Part shown: piece after piece, positions 47,191-55,597 of the stretch
Layout of the letters: each line of letters starts with the position of its first letter
Position numbering within the stretch: the first letter of the stretch is position 1
Source of the DNA: Acidobacteria bacterium RIFCSPLOWO2_02_FULL_65_29
GTDB taxonomy: Bacteria > Acidobacteriota > Vicinamibacteria > Vicinamibacterales > CAVVIG01
Assembly: GCA_001767435.1 (NCBI GenBank)
Contig: MEKT01000147.1
Coordinates: 25,281 to 89,280 of the forward strand
DNA: 64,000 nucleotides
Reading direction: 5' to 3'
Notes under the pieces: model-generated
Databases searched by the model: none
Told to the model about the DNA's origin: nothing
Seen by the model: the letters and a program-made list of their open reading frames with translations, nothing else
Made by a program: the position numbers and the translations under genes

Positions 47191-47285
47191 GCCATAGGCG
47201 CGCACGGCGCGCCTGCGAGGGAGCGGCGCGGGGCGTAGGGGTCCCCGCGAGCGACCGAGCCGGGGTGTGGGGCGGAGCCCCACGT
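47191..47285 (-). repeat. Family A GC-rich structured repeat, second copy (reverse orientation, no nested insert)
   Basis: The reverse complement reads acgtggggctccgccccacaccccggctcggtcgctcgcggggacccctacgccccgcgccgctccctcgcaggcgcgcc. It is collinear with 27022-27157 minus the 58-bp insert. Confidence 0.85.
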
Positions 47286-48243
47286 GAGTTGTCGTAGGAT
47301 AGATCCCGTGGGCGTCTGGCGCCTGGGGTGCCTCGTCGTTGTACCGGTGGCGGCGGCGTGCGCGGTCCTGGCCGCCGCGCCGCAATCCCCGTCGAAAGAC
47401 GGAACCTTTCGCTCCGCCATCGACCTGACCACGGTCAACGCGACGGTCATCAGCCGGGACGGGGGTCTCATCACGGGCCTCCCACGCGACGCGTTCGACG
47501 TGTACGAGGACGGCCAGCTGCAGACGATCACGCAGTTCACCAACGAGCGCGTGCCGGTCAGTCTCGGTGTCCTCTTGGACGTCAGCGACAGCATGTTCGG
47601 CCGCCGCCTGCTCGAAGCGCGCGAGGCCATCGAACGATTCGTCGTCGACCTGCTCGATCCCGGGGACGAGTTCGCGATGCTGGCCTTCAACCACCAGCCC
47701 CGTCCGCTGTCGGGCTGGACGAGCGAGCGGGCCGCAGCGGCCAGGGTCATGGCCCCGCTCCAGCCGTCGGGCTCCACGGCCATTTACGACGCCATCGTGG
47801 CCGCGCTGCCGCTCGTCGACATCCGCAATCGCCAGCGGGCCGCGCTGCTCGTGTTGTCCGACGGCGCCGACACGGCGAGCGACGCGACGATTCGCGACGT
47901 CCGATCGGCGCTCCTTCGGAGCGACGGCTTCGTGTATGCGATCGCCGTCGACGCCTCGGAACGCCGGCCGATCAACACGGCCGTGAACCCGTCGGCGCTG
48001 CGCGAGATCACGGACCAGAGCGGTGGACGCACGCTCGTCGTGCACAGCACCGCCGACGCGATCACCGCGCTCGCCGAGATCGCCGGAGAGTTGAACAGCC
48101 AGTACTTGATCGGGTACTCGTCGCCGCACGTCCGTGACGGTCAGTTTCACAGCATCCGCGTGCGCGTGCGCGGCACCGATCACCTGGTCCGAGCGCGCAA
48201 CGGATACGTCGCCCTCCCGCGGCCTCCGATGTCAGCCCGCTGA
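47284..48243 (+). CDS. VWA domain protein (VWFA-related acidobacterial-type)
   Basis: 319 aa, GTG start. …FRSAIDLTTVNATVISRDGGLITGLPRDAFDVYEDGQLQTITQF…VSLGVLLDVSDSM… (MIDAS DxSxS). The exact start is uncertain. Confidence 0.8.
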   Translation: MSCRRIDPVGVWRLGCLVVVPVAAACAVLAAAPQSPSKDGTFRSAIDLTTVNATVISRDGGLITGLPRDAFDVYEDGQLQTITQFTNERVPVSLGVLLDVSDSMFGRRLLEAREAIERFVVDLLDPGDEFAMLAFNHQPRPLSGWTSERAAAARVMAPLQPSGSTAIYDAIVAALPLVDIRNRQRAALLVLSDGADTASDATIRDVRSALLRSDGFVYAIAVDASERRPINTAVNPSALREITDQSGGRTLVVHSTADAITALAEIAGELNSQYLIGYSSPHVRDGQFHSIRVRVRGTDHLVRARNGYVALPRPPMSAR

Positions 48244-48504
48244 CCGCGCTTCACCTGCTACGCTTTTCTCACCGCTCGTGGAGCCTGGCCTCCGGTGGCC
48301 GAGCTTTCGGCCAGCTTGGCTCACCGAGACGCCAACAATGGACCGCCGGACCTTGGCGCGTGTCCTCCGATTCAGGCGGGCGCTGTCCGGAACGAGCGAC
48401 ACCGATTGGCCCTGTGCCATCGATTCTTCACGTCCGTGCCGTGATTGTTTCTCGCCGCGCCGCTCCCACGAGACAGGAAGGTCGTTTATGTCACACAACG
48501 AGCG

Positions 48505-48520
48505 TGGTATCGCCTTTGCT
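48505..48520 (+). promoter_or_regulatory. Candidate sigma-54 (-24/-12) promoter
   Basis: TGGTATcgcctTTGCT compared with the consensus TGGCAC-N5-TTGCW. GG-N10-GC spacing is exact. The -12 C is 15 nt before ATG 48534, giving a near-leaderless geometry. Confidence 0.45.
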
Positions 48521-48533
48521 ATTCGTGCCGGCG

Positions 48534-49199
48534 ATGATTTCTCAAGACGACCGCGATGGGCTCGACATGCACCCCAGCCAGGTTCAACCGATGGACGGAC
48601 CGACCTCAATCCGCAAAGTCAAGAAAACGGCGAAGCTTCGCGGCGTGTGGATTTCGTTCATCGGCCGGATCGTCGCGCAGATCCTCGGCGCCGTCGCCAG
48701 CATCGTGCTCGGTGTGATCGTGCTGCACGAGTACCAGAGGACCGCGCAGCCCGTCGCGGCCAAAGCGCGGATCGTGCGCGCCGTTCACGACACGGCCGCC
48801 GGCGGCAGTTCTATCGCCGTGTTGCCGCTTGCTGATTTTTCGGCCGACGACCGCGACAGCTCCCTGGCGGACGCGATCACGGAGGCGGTCATCACCGATC
48901 TCGCGCAGGCTGAGGGTCTCCGAGTGATCTCACGCACATCGACCATGCCCTACAAAGCCACGCAGAAAACCGTGCCCGAGATCGGCCGTGAGCTGGATGT
49001 CGATCTGATCCTCGAGGGCTCGATTGTGCAATCCGGCGGACGCGTGCGCGTGACGGCCCAGCTCATCGATGCCGCCACCGACGAGCACGTCTGGGCGCGA
49101 AGCTACGAGCGCACGCTCGACAACGTGCTGGCCATGCAGGCCGACATCGCCAAGGCGATCAGCCGAGACGTCAGCGTCGCGGGCGCCGCGGCGCGATAG
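48534..49199 (+). CDS. Single-pass membrane protein with TolB-N-terminal-like periplasmic domain
   Basis: Chosen start is MISQDDRDG…. A TM helix (VWISFIGRIVAQILGAVASIVLGVIVL) is followed by …SIAVLPLADFSADDRDSSLADAITEAVITDLAQAEGLRVISRTS…RVRVTAQLIDAATDEHVWARSYER…. The ATGs at 48567 and 48591 are alternative starts. Confidence 0.65.
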   Translation: MISQDDRDGLDMHPSQVQPMDGPTSIRKVKKTAKLRGVWISFIGRIVAQILGAVASIVLGVIVLHEYQRTAQPVAAKARIVRAVHDTAAGGSSIAVLPLADFSADDRDSSLADAITEAVITDLAQAEGLRVISRTSTMPYKATQKTVPEIGRELDVDLILEGSIVQSGGRVRVTAQLIDAATDEHVWARSYERTLDNVLAMQADIAKAISRDVSVAGAAAR

Positions 49200-49283
49200 A
49201 TTCTCAGAGTGCCTTGCGGAATCGACCCACGAAACCCACACCACGATGGACACGGAGGACAGGAGGGCCAATCCAGTAGATTC

Positions 49284-50219
49284 TTAGATTCGAGAATCCG
49301 CCCGCAGCGTGAGCACCGGACACCGCGCTTGTCGTACCACCTGATTGGTCGTCGATCCGAAGAGGGCCAGATCGACCTGGCCCCGGCCCCGTACTCCGAT
49401 GACGATGAGGTCGGCGTGCTCCTCGTCGGCCGCTCGAAGGATTTCGACGTGCGACTTTCCGTCAGTGACCCTCAGTGTCGGCATGCTCTTCGCGCGGGCC
49501 TCGTCCGGGATGAGCGAGTCGAGGCGCGCCAGCGCGCTGGCGTACTGATACCGCCGGAAGTCGGCGAGCGCGGCCGCCTGCGCCGGCGGCAGCCCCTCGA
49601 AGGTCGGACGCGGCGGCTCCTGCCATGGCCACTCGAGCGCGTGGACGACGACGAGCGCGGCGCTCGACTGCGCGGCGAGCGAAAACGCCGCCGCCAGGGC
49701 CGCCAGCGAGGACTCCGAAAAATCGACGGCGCAAAGGATCCGCGTGAACGGCAGCCGCGACGCCCCGTGCACGCGGGGAGGCACGGTCAGCACCGGGCAC
49801 GACGCCTTGCGCAGCACCTTCTCGGTGACCGATCCAATCAGCAAGCGCTCGAACCCGCTCGTGCCGTGCGTGCCCATCACGATCAGATCGGCGGGCAGCG
49901 TGGACGCGCGCTCGAGGATTCTGGCGGCCGGCGCTCCGGCATCGACCAGAACGTCCACGCCGATGCCCACGCCGGCCGCCGCGCCGAAGCAGGCGGAGGT
50001 CTGCTCCCGCAGGCGCGGGACGTCGGCATCGGGCCCCTGATCCTCTGGCACCGGCAAATCGTGTATCGGCGCCAGCCGCGGGTACACGTGCAGCGCGGTA
50101 ATGGCGGCGCGGTACCATCTGGACAGCACCAACGCGTGTTCGATCGCGTGACGCGAAGTATCCGAGAAATCGATCGGACAGAGAATGCGCGAGATCACGA
50201 ACTCACGCATGCTCGTCAT
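49284..50219 (-). CDS. Universal stress protein, tandem UspA domains
   Basis: 311 aa. Two USP units, each ending in the G-x2-G-x9-G(S/T) ATP motif region (…VMGTHGTSGFERLLIGSVTEKVLRKASCPVLTV… and …VIGVRGRGQVDLALFGSTTNQVVRQARCPVLTL…). Confidence 0.88.
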   Translation of the reverse strand: MTSMREFVISRILCPIDFSDTSRHAIEHALVLSRWYRAAITALHVYPRLAPIHDLPVPEDQGPDADVPRLREQTSACFGAAAGVGIGVDVLVDAGAPAARILERASTLPADLIVMGTHGTSGFERLLIGSVTEKVLRKASCPVLTVPPRVHGASRLPFTRILCAVDFSESSLAALAAAFSLAAQSSAALVVVHALEWPWQEPPRPTFEGLPPAQAAALADFRRYQYASALARLDSLIPDEARAKSMPTLRVTDGKSHVEILRAADEEHADLIVIGVRGRGQVDLALFGSTTNQVVRQARCPVLTLRADSRI

Positions 50220-50415
50220 GATCGGTCCGGCGGAACACGAGCAGCCGTGAGCCGCGCGACAGTTCCTCCGTCAAGCGGCCGGGATCCGGTCGCTGCACTT
50301 CCTCCCACTCGTCGTGCAACCCCATGATGGCGTTGGCGGCCGCCGCGACTTGGCCGAGGTCTGAACCTGGAAACCGGCGCCGCAGGATGGTTTCGATCTT
50401 CTGTCTGTCCACCAT
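50203..50415 (-). CDS. Small hypothetical protein (70 aa) upstream of the tandem USP
   Basis: Trimmed to MVDRQKIETILRRRFPGSDLGQVAAAANAIMGLHDEWEEV…. Preceded by gggggtggga. Overlaps the USP start by 17 nt. Confidence 0.45.
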   Translation of the reverse strand: MVDRQKIETILRRRFPGSDLGQVAAAANAIMGLHDEWEEVQRPDPGRLTEELSRGSRLLVFRRTDHDEHA

Positions 50416-50449
50416 GCTTCCCACCCCCGTTCCGAACGAAACCGTGACA

Positions 50450-50465
50450 TGCAAACGACCGGCCG
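50450..50465 (-). promoter_or_regulatory. Candidate sigma-54 (-24/-12) promoter for the sORF-USP operon
   Basis: Minus strand reads CGGCCGgtcgtTTGCA with exact GG-N10-GC spacing. About 24-nt leader to ATG 50415. Confidence 0.4.
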
Positions 50466-50509
50466 TGGGGTCCCGGATCGACTGAGATCGACCGGTTGCG
50501 GTGGACTGC

Positions 50510-50525
50510 TGCCGAGTTCCCGGCA
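50510..50525. promoter_or_regulatory. 16-bp dyad TGCCG-N6-CGGCA (candidate regulator-binding site / UAS)
   Basis: TGCCGAGTTCCCGGCA, in the divergent spacer between the sORF-USP operon and the pentaheme cytochrome gene. One mismatch to the copy at 54933. Confidence 0.6.
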
Positions 50526-50553
50526 GGAGATCGCCTTTCAAATTCGAGCTTCG

Positions 50554-50569
50554 TGGTATATCGTTTGGT
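50554..50569 (+). promoter_or_regulatory. Weak sigma-54-like element upstream of the cytochrome gene
   Basis: TGGTATatcgtTTGGT. The -24 half is identical to the 48505 site, but the -12 half has GG instead of GC. Confidence 0.2.
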
Positions 50570-50623
50570 GACGCGATGGACGGCCGCGGCCCGAACGCCG
50601 CGCCGCAGAGGAGACACCGCACG

Positions 50624-51373
50624 ATGAATCGTCGAATAGGCGTGATCCTGTTTTGGGCGGCAACGGCGGTGGCGGCGCCGGCGTTTGCCCAACTCAATCA
50701 GAGCCGGTGCGCGGACTGCCATTACGCGAACCCCAGCTCGCCGCGCCAGGATCACCTCCAGGAATGGGACCGTTCACCGCATTCGCGCAACAACGTCGGG
50801 TGCGAGAAGTGCCACGGGGGCGACCCGGCCCAGTTCGAGCCGTTCCTCGCGCACCGCGGCATCCTGAATTCGTCGAACAAAGCCAGCCCGGTCAATCGTC
50901 GCAATCTTCCCACGACGTGCGGGGCGTGCCACGTCGGACCGTTCGTGGCGTTTCAAGACAGCCGCCACTATCAGCTGCTGCAATCGGGCGACGAGAAGGG
51001 CCCCAGCTGCTCCACCTGCCACGGCGACACCGACGGCCGGCTGCTCTCGCCAAAGGCGCTGGCTTCAGAGTGCAACCAATGCCATGGACCCGGCGAGCAG
51101 GTGCCACGGGCCGAACGCGCGCGCCTGGTGCGCGACCAGTACGATGGCCTCACCGTCGTGCGCGCGCAGATGAAACTCGCGCAGTCGCTCATCAGACGCG
51201 TGTCCGACAAGGGCCGGCGGGCCGAGTACGACGAGGCGCTGAACCAGGCTCAGGTGCCGCTGACGCGCGCGGTGAACGCCGGCCACAAGTTCGTCTACGA
51301 CGAACTGAGGGAATATCTCGGCGTCGCGCAGCAGCGCGTCGAGGCGCTGCTGAACAGACTCGCCAATCGCTGA
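50624..51373 (+). CDS. Pentaheme c-type cytochrome, secreted
   Basis: Trimmed to MNRRIGVILFWAATAVAAPAFA… Five CxxCH motifs: CADCH, CEKCH, CGACH, CSTCH and CNQCH. Confidence 0.85.
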   Translation: MNRRIGVILFWAATAVAAPAFAQLNQSRCADCHYANPSSPRQDHLQEWDRSPHSRNNVGCEKCHGGDPAQFEPFLAHRGILNSSNKASPVNRRNLPTTCGACHVGPFVAFQDSRHYQLLQSGDEKGPSCSTCHGDTDGRLLSPKALASECNQCHGPGEQVPRAERARLVRDQYDGLTVVRAQMKLAQSLIRRVSDKGRRAEYDEALNQAQVPLTRAVNAGHKFVYDELREYLGVAQQRVEALLNRLANR

Positions 51374-51386
51374 CGAAAACCCGGCA
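51371..51386. promoter_or_regulatory. 16-bp dyad, variant copy (TGACGAAAACCCGGCA)
   Basis: Overlaps the cytochrome stop codon. About 114 nt upstream of the predicted start site of the 51467 promoter. A weaker half-conserved copy, TCGCGGAGTTTCGGCA, lies at 51403-51418. Confidence 0.45.
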
Positions 51387-51466
51387 TCGACCCGAGCGCC
51401 CGTCGCGGAGTTTCGGCAGCAAGCGCCTCGGATGCTCAGCCTGGCAGTGGAGCCGAGTCTCACGCC

Positions 51467-51482
51467 TGGCATGCGCCATGCT
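51467..51482 (+). promoter_or_regulatory. Candidate sigma-54 (-24/-12) promoter for the USP-Yip1 operon
   Basis: TGGCATgcgccATGCT. Best -24 match in the window, with exact GG-N10-GC spacing. About 40-nt leader to ATG 51533. Confidence 0.5.
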
Positions 51483-51532
51483 GCAAGAGATGTCGGCCGT
51501 CGATAGCGTTCTCTTTTCGAGAGGGCTGTCTC

Positions 51533-52042
51533 ATGATCACGCTCAAGAACGTCCTCGTGGCGACCGACTTCGGCCGGGCATCGGAGACCGCGCTCGCGTA
51601 CGGCCGACAGTTCGCTCGGGCCTACGGCGCGAAACTCCACGTGCTCCACGTGGTGGAGAACGTGTTCACGGCGACCTTCGGAGTGGAGGGATACGTGACG
51701 AATGTCGCGGCCCTGCAGCGCGAGGTCGAGGAAGCCGCGCGCAAGCAGCTCGACGCCGTGGTCACCGAGGACGATCGGCGCGAGCTCGGCGCCACGGGGG
51801 TGACGCTCACGTCGGCCTCGCCCGCACTCGCGATCGTCTCGTACGCGAAGGACATCAAAGCCGATCTGATGATCGTCGGCACACACGGCCGCGGCGCGAT
51901 GGCGCATCTCATCATGGGCAGCGTCGCCGAGCGGGTCGTGCGGACGGCGCCGTGTCCGGTGCTCACCGTGCGGCACCCGGAGCACGAGTTCGTGCTGCCC
52001 GACGCGCTGCAGGTCGTGGAGCGGTCCGCCCAACAGCCGTAA
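51533..52042 (+). CDS. Universal stress protein (single UspA domain)
   Basis: 169 aa. MITLKNVLVATDFGRASETAL… and …LMIVGTHGRGAMAHLIMGSVAERVVRTAPCPVLTV…. Confidence 0.9.
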   Translation: MITLKNVLVATDFGRASETALAYGRQFARAYGAKLHVLHVVENVFTATFGVEGYVTNVAALQREVEEAARKQLDAVVTEDDRRELGATGVTLTSASPALAIVSYAKDIKADLMIVGTHGRGAMAHLIMGSVAERVVRTAPCPVLTVRHPEHEFVLPDALQVVERSAQQP

Positions 52043-52098
52043 GGACTCGTCCGCGACGAATACTGAGAACCAAGTCCGCTAGACGGAGGTGGCGCGTG

Positions 52099-52629
52099 AT
52101 GGTCTTCGCGTACCGCATCATGGGCGCCGCGATGCTCGACCAGGCGACCTTCGAGGAAATCGAGGGCGACCGAACGGCGACCGCTCAGGCGATGGGCGTC
52201 GTGCTGCTCGCGAGTCTCTCTGCGGGCATCGGGCTGGGCGGACTCGACGCCGGCCATCCCGTCTCGTTCGTGTTTGTGAGCGGTGCCGCCCTGCTCACGT
52301 GGGCCGTGTGGGCCCTCGTGACTTTCCAGGTGGGCGCGCGGCTCCTGCCCGAACCGCAGACCCGCGTCGATGTCGGCGAGCTGCTTCGCACGCTCGGCTT
52401 CTCGGCAGCGCCGGGTCTCCTGCAGGTCTTCGGCGTCGTACCCGGGTTGAGGGGACCGCTGTTCGCGTTCACGGCTGTCTGGATGCTGGCGTCGATGGTT
52501 GTCGCCGTGCGCCAGGCGCTCGACTACTCGACGATCGCCCGAGCATTCGCCGTGTGCGTCATCGGCTGGCTTCTGGCGTTCACAATCGCGGTGATTCTCG
52601 GACTCGTCTACGGCCCAACTCTTTCGTGA
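52099..52629 (+). CDS. Yip1-domain family membrane protein
   Basis: Extracted from the tail of ORF 50653..52629. ATG 52099 is preceded by GGAGGT. 176 aa, MVFAYRIMGAAMLDQATFEEIEGDRTATAQAMGVVLL… with 5 TM helices. Confidence 0.7.
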   Translation: MVFAYRIMGAAMLDQATFEEIEGDRTATAQAMGVVLLASLSAGIGLGGLDAGHPVSFVFVSGAALLTWAVWALVTFQVGARLLPEPQTRVDVGELLRTLGFSAAPGLLQVFGVVPGLRGPLFAFTAVWMLASMVVAVRQALDYSTIARAFAVCVIGWLLAFTIAVILGLVYGPTLS

Positions 52630-52636
52630 ACGGTCC

Positions 52637-52690
52637 CAAATCCTCAAGTCCTCACATCCTCAAATCCTCAAATCCTCAAATCCTCAAATC
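52637..52690 (+). repeat. Tandem octamer array AATCCTCA, about 7 units
   Basis: Reading: caaatcctca agtcctca catcctca aatcctca aatcctca aatcctca aatcc. Lies between convergent genes. Confidence 0.95.
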
Positions 52691-52700
52691 CGCGATCTAC

Positions 52701-53177
52701 CTAGGGCACTTGCATCGACGCGACGTGCTTCACGACGTTGCTGATGCGCACCTTCGCCAGTGTGTCCGAGGGATCGAGACCTCGGAAGATCGGCCCCCAC
52801 ACGGGCATCTCCCTCGTGCCGTGCGCCGGACTGGGCTCGCCTCCGTTGGTCACGAACGCCTCGATGCGCGCGGCCGGAAATGTGCCGGCGCTCTTGCGGG
52901 CGATGAGTGTCAGGTCGGCGGGAGGGACCTTCAGTGCAGCCGCCACCGGCCCGTGGCCCCTGCCGTCGCGGCCGTGGCAGGAGGCGCAGTAGAAATCGAA
53001 CAGATCCCGGCCCGTGATCGAATCGATGACGAGTGGCGGATTCCGCTGGCCTATGGTCTGGCCGGCAGAGCCGATGGCCGAGGCCCCTGTCAAGAATGTC
53101 AAGAATGTCAAGCATGTCAAGACTGTCAAGAATGCCGATGCTGTCAGCAACAGCGCGCCTTGCGCACGCAGGCCCAT
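52701..53177 (-). CDS. Monoheme class I c-type cytochrome, secreted
   Basis: 158 aa. One CASCH heme motif and a distal …REMPVWGP… Met ligand region. The hydrophobic core of the signal peptide (LTVLTCLTFLTFLT) is encoded by a 9-bp tandem repeat. Confidence 0.8.
   Translation of the reverse strand: MGLRAQGALLLTASAFLTVLTCLTFLTFLTGASAIGSAGQTIGQRNPPLVIDSITGRDLFDFYCASCHGRDGRGHGPVAAALKVPPADLTLIARKSAGTFPAARIEAFVTNGGEPSPAHGTREMPVWGPIFRGLDPSDTLAKVRISNVVKHVASMQVP
53089..53133 (-). repeat. In-frame 9-bp tandem repeat x5 (TTCTTGACA on the coding strand)
   Basis: Plus strand reads gtcaagaat gtcaagaat gtcaagcat gtcaagact gtcaagaat. The coding strand carries five TTGACA hexamers at a 9-nt period. Confidence 0.95.
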
Positions 53178-53225
53178 GATGTCTCTCCGTTCTCGTGTTG
53201 CGTCACCAGCTGAGGACCGTCCCTA

Positions 53226-54845
53226 TCAACCCATCTCCGCCGGCATCGCGGGCTCCCTCCTGGGCTCGGGTACCTCGGTCAACGTCGCCTCGGTGAGGAG
53301 GAGAACGCCGGCGACCGAGACGGCATTCTCGAGCGCGATTCGCACGACCTTGGTCGGGTCGATGATTCCGGCCTCGATGAGATCGACGTAGACGCCGCGG
53401 CTGGCGTCGAAGCCGTAGCCGCCGCTGCCGCCCATCATGCGATCGACGACGACGCCGCCGTCGGCGCCAGAGTTGGCGGCGATCTGCCGCGTCGGTATTT
53501 CGAGCGCGCGCCTGAGCATCAACGCACCCGTCCGCTCGTCGCCGGCCGACGCCGACGCCACGCGATCGACCGCCGCGATCGACCGAAGCAGCGCGAGGCC
53601 GCCGCCTGGCACGATGCCCTCGGCCATCGCCGCCCGGGTCGCGCTGATCGCGTCGTCAAACGCCTCGCGCCGGTTCTTCATCTCGGCTTCCGAGGGTGCG
53701 CCCACCCGAATCACGGCGACGCCGCCGGTCAGCTTCGCCAGCCGTTCCTGCAGCTTTTCGCGATCGTAATCGGACGTGGTCGTCTTCATCTGCTCGCGTA
53801 TCTCGTTGGCGCGCCCATCGATCGCCGCCTTGGTGCCGGCGCCGCCGACGATCGTCGTGGAATCCTTGTCGGCGATGACGCGTTTGGCCTGCCCAAGATC
53901 GGGCAGCGTCACGTTCGCCAGCTTGACGCCGATCTCCTCGGCGATCAATCGCCCGCCCGTCAGAATCGCGAGATCGTCCAGCATCGCCCGGCGACGATCG
54001 CCGAAACCGGGCGCCTTGACAGCCACACAGGGGAGCACGCCGCGGACCTTGTTCACCACGAGCGTGGCGAGTGCGTCGCCCTCGATGTCGTCGGCGACAA
54101 TCAGCAGCGCCTTGCCGCTCTTCGCGATTTGCTCGAGGAGAGGCAGCAAGTCCGTCATCGTGCCGATCTTCTTCTCGTAGATGAGGATGACCGGATCGTC
54201 GAGCACCGCCCGCATCTTCTCGGGCTCGGTGATGAAGTAGGGGGACAGGAAACCGCGGTCGATCCGCATGCCCTCGACGACCTCGACGGTCGTCTCGATG
54301 CCCTTGGCCTCCTCGACCGACGTCGTGCCCTCCGCACCGATCCGTTCCATGGCGTCGGCGACGATTTCGCCGATTGCCGTGTCGTTGTGCGCCGACACCG
54401 TGGCCACCTGCACGCGCTGCTTGTGATCGGCAACCGGGCGCGACAGCTCCCGGAGGCCCGCCACCACGGCCGCGAGCGCGCGATCGAGCCCGCGCTTGAG
54501 CTCGATGGCGCTCGCGCCCGCGGCGATGTTGCGCACGCCCTCGCCGAAGATCGACGTGGCGAGCAGCGTGGCGGTGGTCGTGCCGTCTCCGACGTTGTCG
54601 CCCGTGCGCTCGGCCGCCTCGCGAATCACCTGGGCGCCCAGGTTCTCCTCATGGTCGGCGAGCTCGAACTCTTTCGCGATCGTCACGCCGTCGTTGCAGA
54701 CGAGCGGCTTGCCCCACTTCTTCTCGATGAGGACGCATTTCGATTTCGGCCCGAGGGTGACGCGAACCGCGTCGGCCAGCGCGTTGGCGCCCTTCAGGAT
54801 CTTCTCGCGCGCGGCGGATTGAACGAGGAGTTGTTTGTGCGACAT
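53226..54845 (-). CDS. groEL: Chaperonin GroEL (Cpn60), no adjacent groES
   Basis: 539 aa. …[20 protein letters not shown]… and …[11 protein letters not shown]… signatures. The C-terminus lacks a GGM repeat tail. The upstream neighbour is a CBS gene rather than groES. Confidence 0.93.
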   Translation of the reverse strand: MSHKQLLVQSAAREKILKGANALADAVRVTLGPKSKCVLIEKKWGKPLVCNDGVTIAKEFELADHEENLGAQVIREAAERTGDNVGDGTTTATLLATSIFGEGVRNIAAGASAIELKRGLDRALAAVVAGLRELSRPVADHKQRVQVATVSAHNDTAIGEIVADAMERIGAEGTTSVEEAKGIETTVEVVEGMRIDRGFLSPYFITEPEKMRAVLDDPVILIYEKKIGTMTDLLPLLEQIAKSGKALLIVADDIEGDALATLVVNKVRGVLPCVAVKAPGFGDRRRAMLDDLAILTGGRLIAEEIGVKLANVTLPDLGQAKRVIADKDSTTIVGGAGTKAAIDGRANEIREQMKTTTSDYDREKLQERLAKLTGGVAVIRVGAPSEAEMKNRREAFDDAISATRAAMAEGIVPGGGLALLRSIAAVDRVASASAGDERTGALMLRRALEIPTRQIAANSGADGGVVVDRMMGGSGGYGFDASRGVYVDLIEAGIIDPTKVVRIALENAVSVAGVLLLTEATLTEVPEPRREPAMPAEMG

Positions 54846-54857
54846 GATCCGCGCCTG

Positions 54858-54873
54858 TGCAAAGAGCTCGCCG
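54858..54873 (-). promoter_or_regulatory. Candidate sigma-54 (-24/-12) promoter for groEL
   Basis: Minus strand reads CGGCGAgctctTTGCA with exact GG-N10-GC spacing. The -12 C is 14 nt before the groEL ATG, there is no Shine-Dalgarno sequence, and the geometry is near-leaderless. Confidence 0.4.
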
Positions 54874-54932
54874 CCATCGCGTCAGCGCCACAGCGCCACC
54901 GCCGGAATCGCCGCGCCTCGAGCTGGATCCAC

Positions 54933-54948
54933 TGCCGAATTCCCGGCA
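54933..54948. promoter_or_regulatory. 16-bp dyad TGCCG-N6-CGGCA (candidate regulator-binding site / UAS)
   Basis: TGCCGAATTCCCGGCA. Centred about 93 nt upstream of the predicted groEL start site. Confidence 0.6.
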
Positions 54949-55042
54949 CCCGCTGGAGTGACTAAGGCCTTGGCCTTGGATTTCGGCCTCTTTTCGCGGG
55001 TCGCCCCGGGCACGACCCATGCGATAGCGAGGCGCGTGCGAC

Positions 55043-55495
55043 TCACCACGCCCGCTTGCCGGTGCGCTGCTTGCGGTGCGGCACACGATAATGAATGTCC
55101 GCCCGTATGGCCCGTTCCGGACGTCCGACGCCTCCCCCGACCAGTTCGAGCAGGTCCGAAATCGTCACGATACCCACGAGGCGCCGGCCATCGACGACCG
55201 GCAGGCAGCCGATCGTCCGGCCGCGCATGAGGTTGGCAGCCTTGCGAACCGTGGCGTCCGATTCGATCGTCGCGACGCGGGTCGTCATCAACTCGGCGAC
55301 GATGGCGCCGGCGCGAACTCGGGCGCCGCTCCGGCCGCCAGCGTCGCGGTCCGAGAGCACTCCGAGAATCTCCGTCCCGGCGGTGACGATAAGATGATGG
55401 ATGCGCTTGCGCCGCATCAGGTCCCATGCTTGGTCGGCCGGCATGGTGGCCGGCACGGTCTGCACACCCTCGGTCATGACTTCGGCAACTCTCAT
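55043..55495 (-). CDS. CBS-pair domain protein
   Basis: Trimmed to MRVAEVMTEGVQTVPATMPADQAWDLMRRKRIHHLIVT… with GGAGG 5 nt upstream. Second CBS motif …VAELMTTRVATIESDATVRKAANLMRGRTIGCLPVV…. Confidence 0.85.
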   Translation of the reverse strand: MRVAEVMTEGVQTVPATMPADQAWDLMRRKRIHHLIVTAGTEILGVLSDRDAGGRSGARVRAGAIVAELMTTRVATIESDATVRKAANLMRGRTIGCLPVVDGRRLVGIVTISDLLELVGGGVGRPERAIRADIHYRVPHRKQRTGKRAW

Positions 55496-55528
55496 AATGT
55501 CCTCCGGCGCGCGCAAGACCAGGTTTCA

Positions 55529-55544
55529 TACCGGAATCCCGGCG
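55529..55544. promoter_or_regulatory. Degenerate copy of the 16-bp dyad in the CBS/fdhA divergent spacer
   Basis: TACCGGAATCCCGGCG, 12 of 16 identical to the 54933 copy. Confidence 0.25.
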
Positions 55545-55597
55545 CCTTTCGATCGCTGTGCAAGGACGATACCCGCCGGCGGGTGGAAGGCGGCAGC

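Noticed and set aside
47311-47330. TGGCGCCTGGGGTGCC sigma-54-like match near the VWA gene start
   Set aside because: It lies inside the signal-peptide coding region of the VWA gene and has a poor -12 context.
49209-50327. 372-aa plus-strand ORF antisense to the tandem USP
   Set aside because: R/G-rich shadow ORF. The minus strand has two clear UspA domains.
50653-52098. Upstream 480 codons of the 658-aa ORF 50653..52629
   Set aside because: This frame runs out of phase through the cytochrome and USP genes and is R/A/G low complexity. Only the last 176 codons (Yip1-like, with its own RBS and ATG at 52099) look real.
54950-54990. CIRCE (HrcA) operator upstream of groEL
   Set aside because: Only a poor left-half resemblance (TTAGTCACTC on the minus strand) was found. 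There is no GAGTGCTAA partner at 9-nt spacing.
55076-55597. 174-codon N-terminal extension of the fdhA ORF
   Set aside because: It is antisense to the CBS gene and is not protein-like. The 2Fe-2S domain begins right after ATG 55598, which has an RBS.
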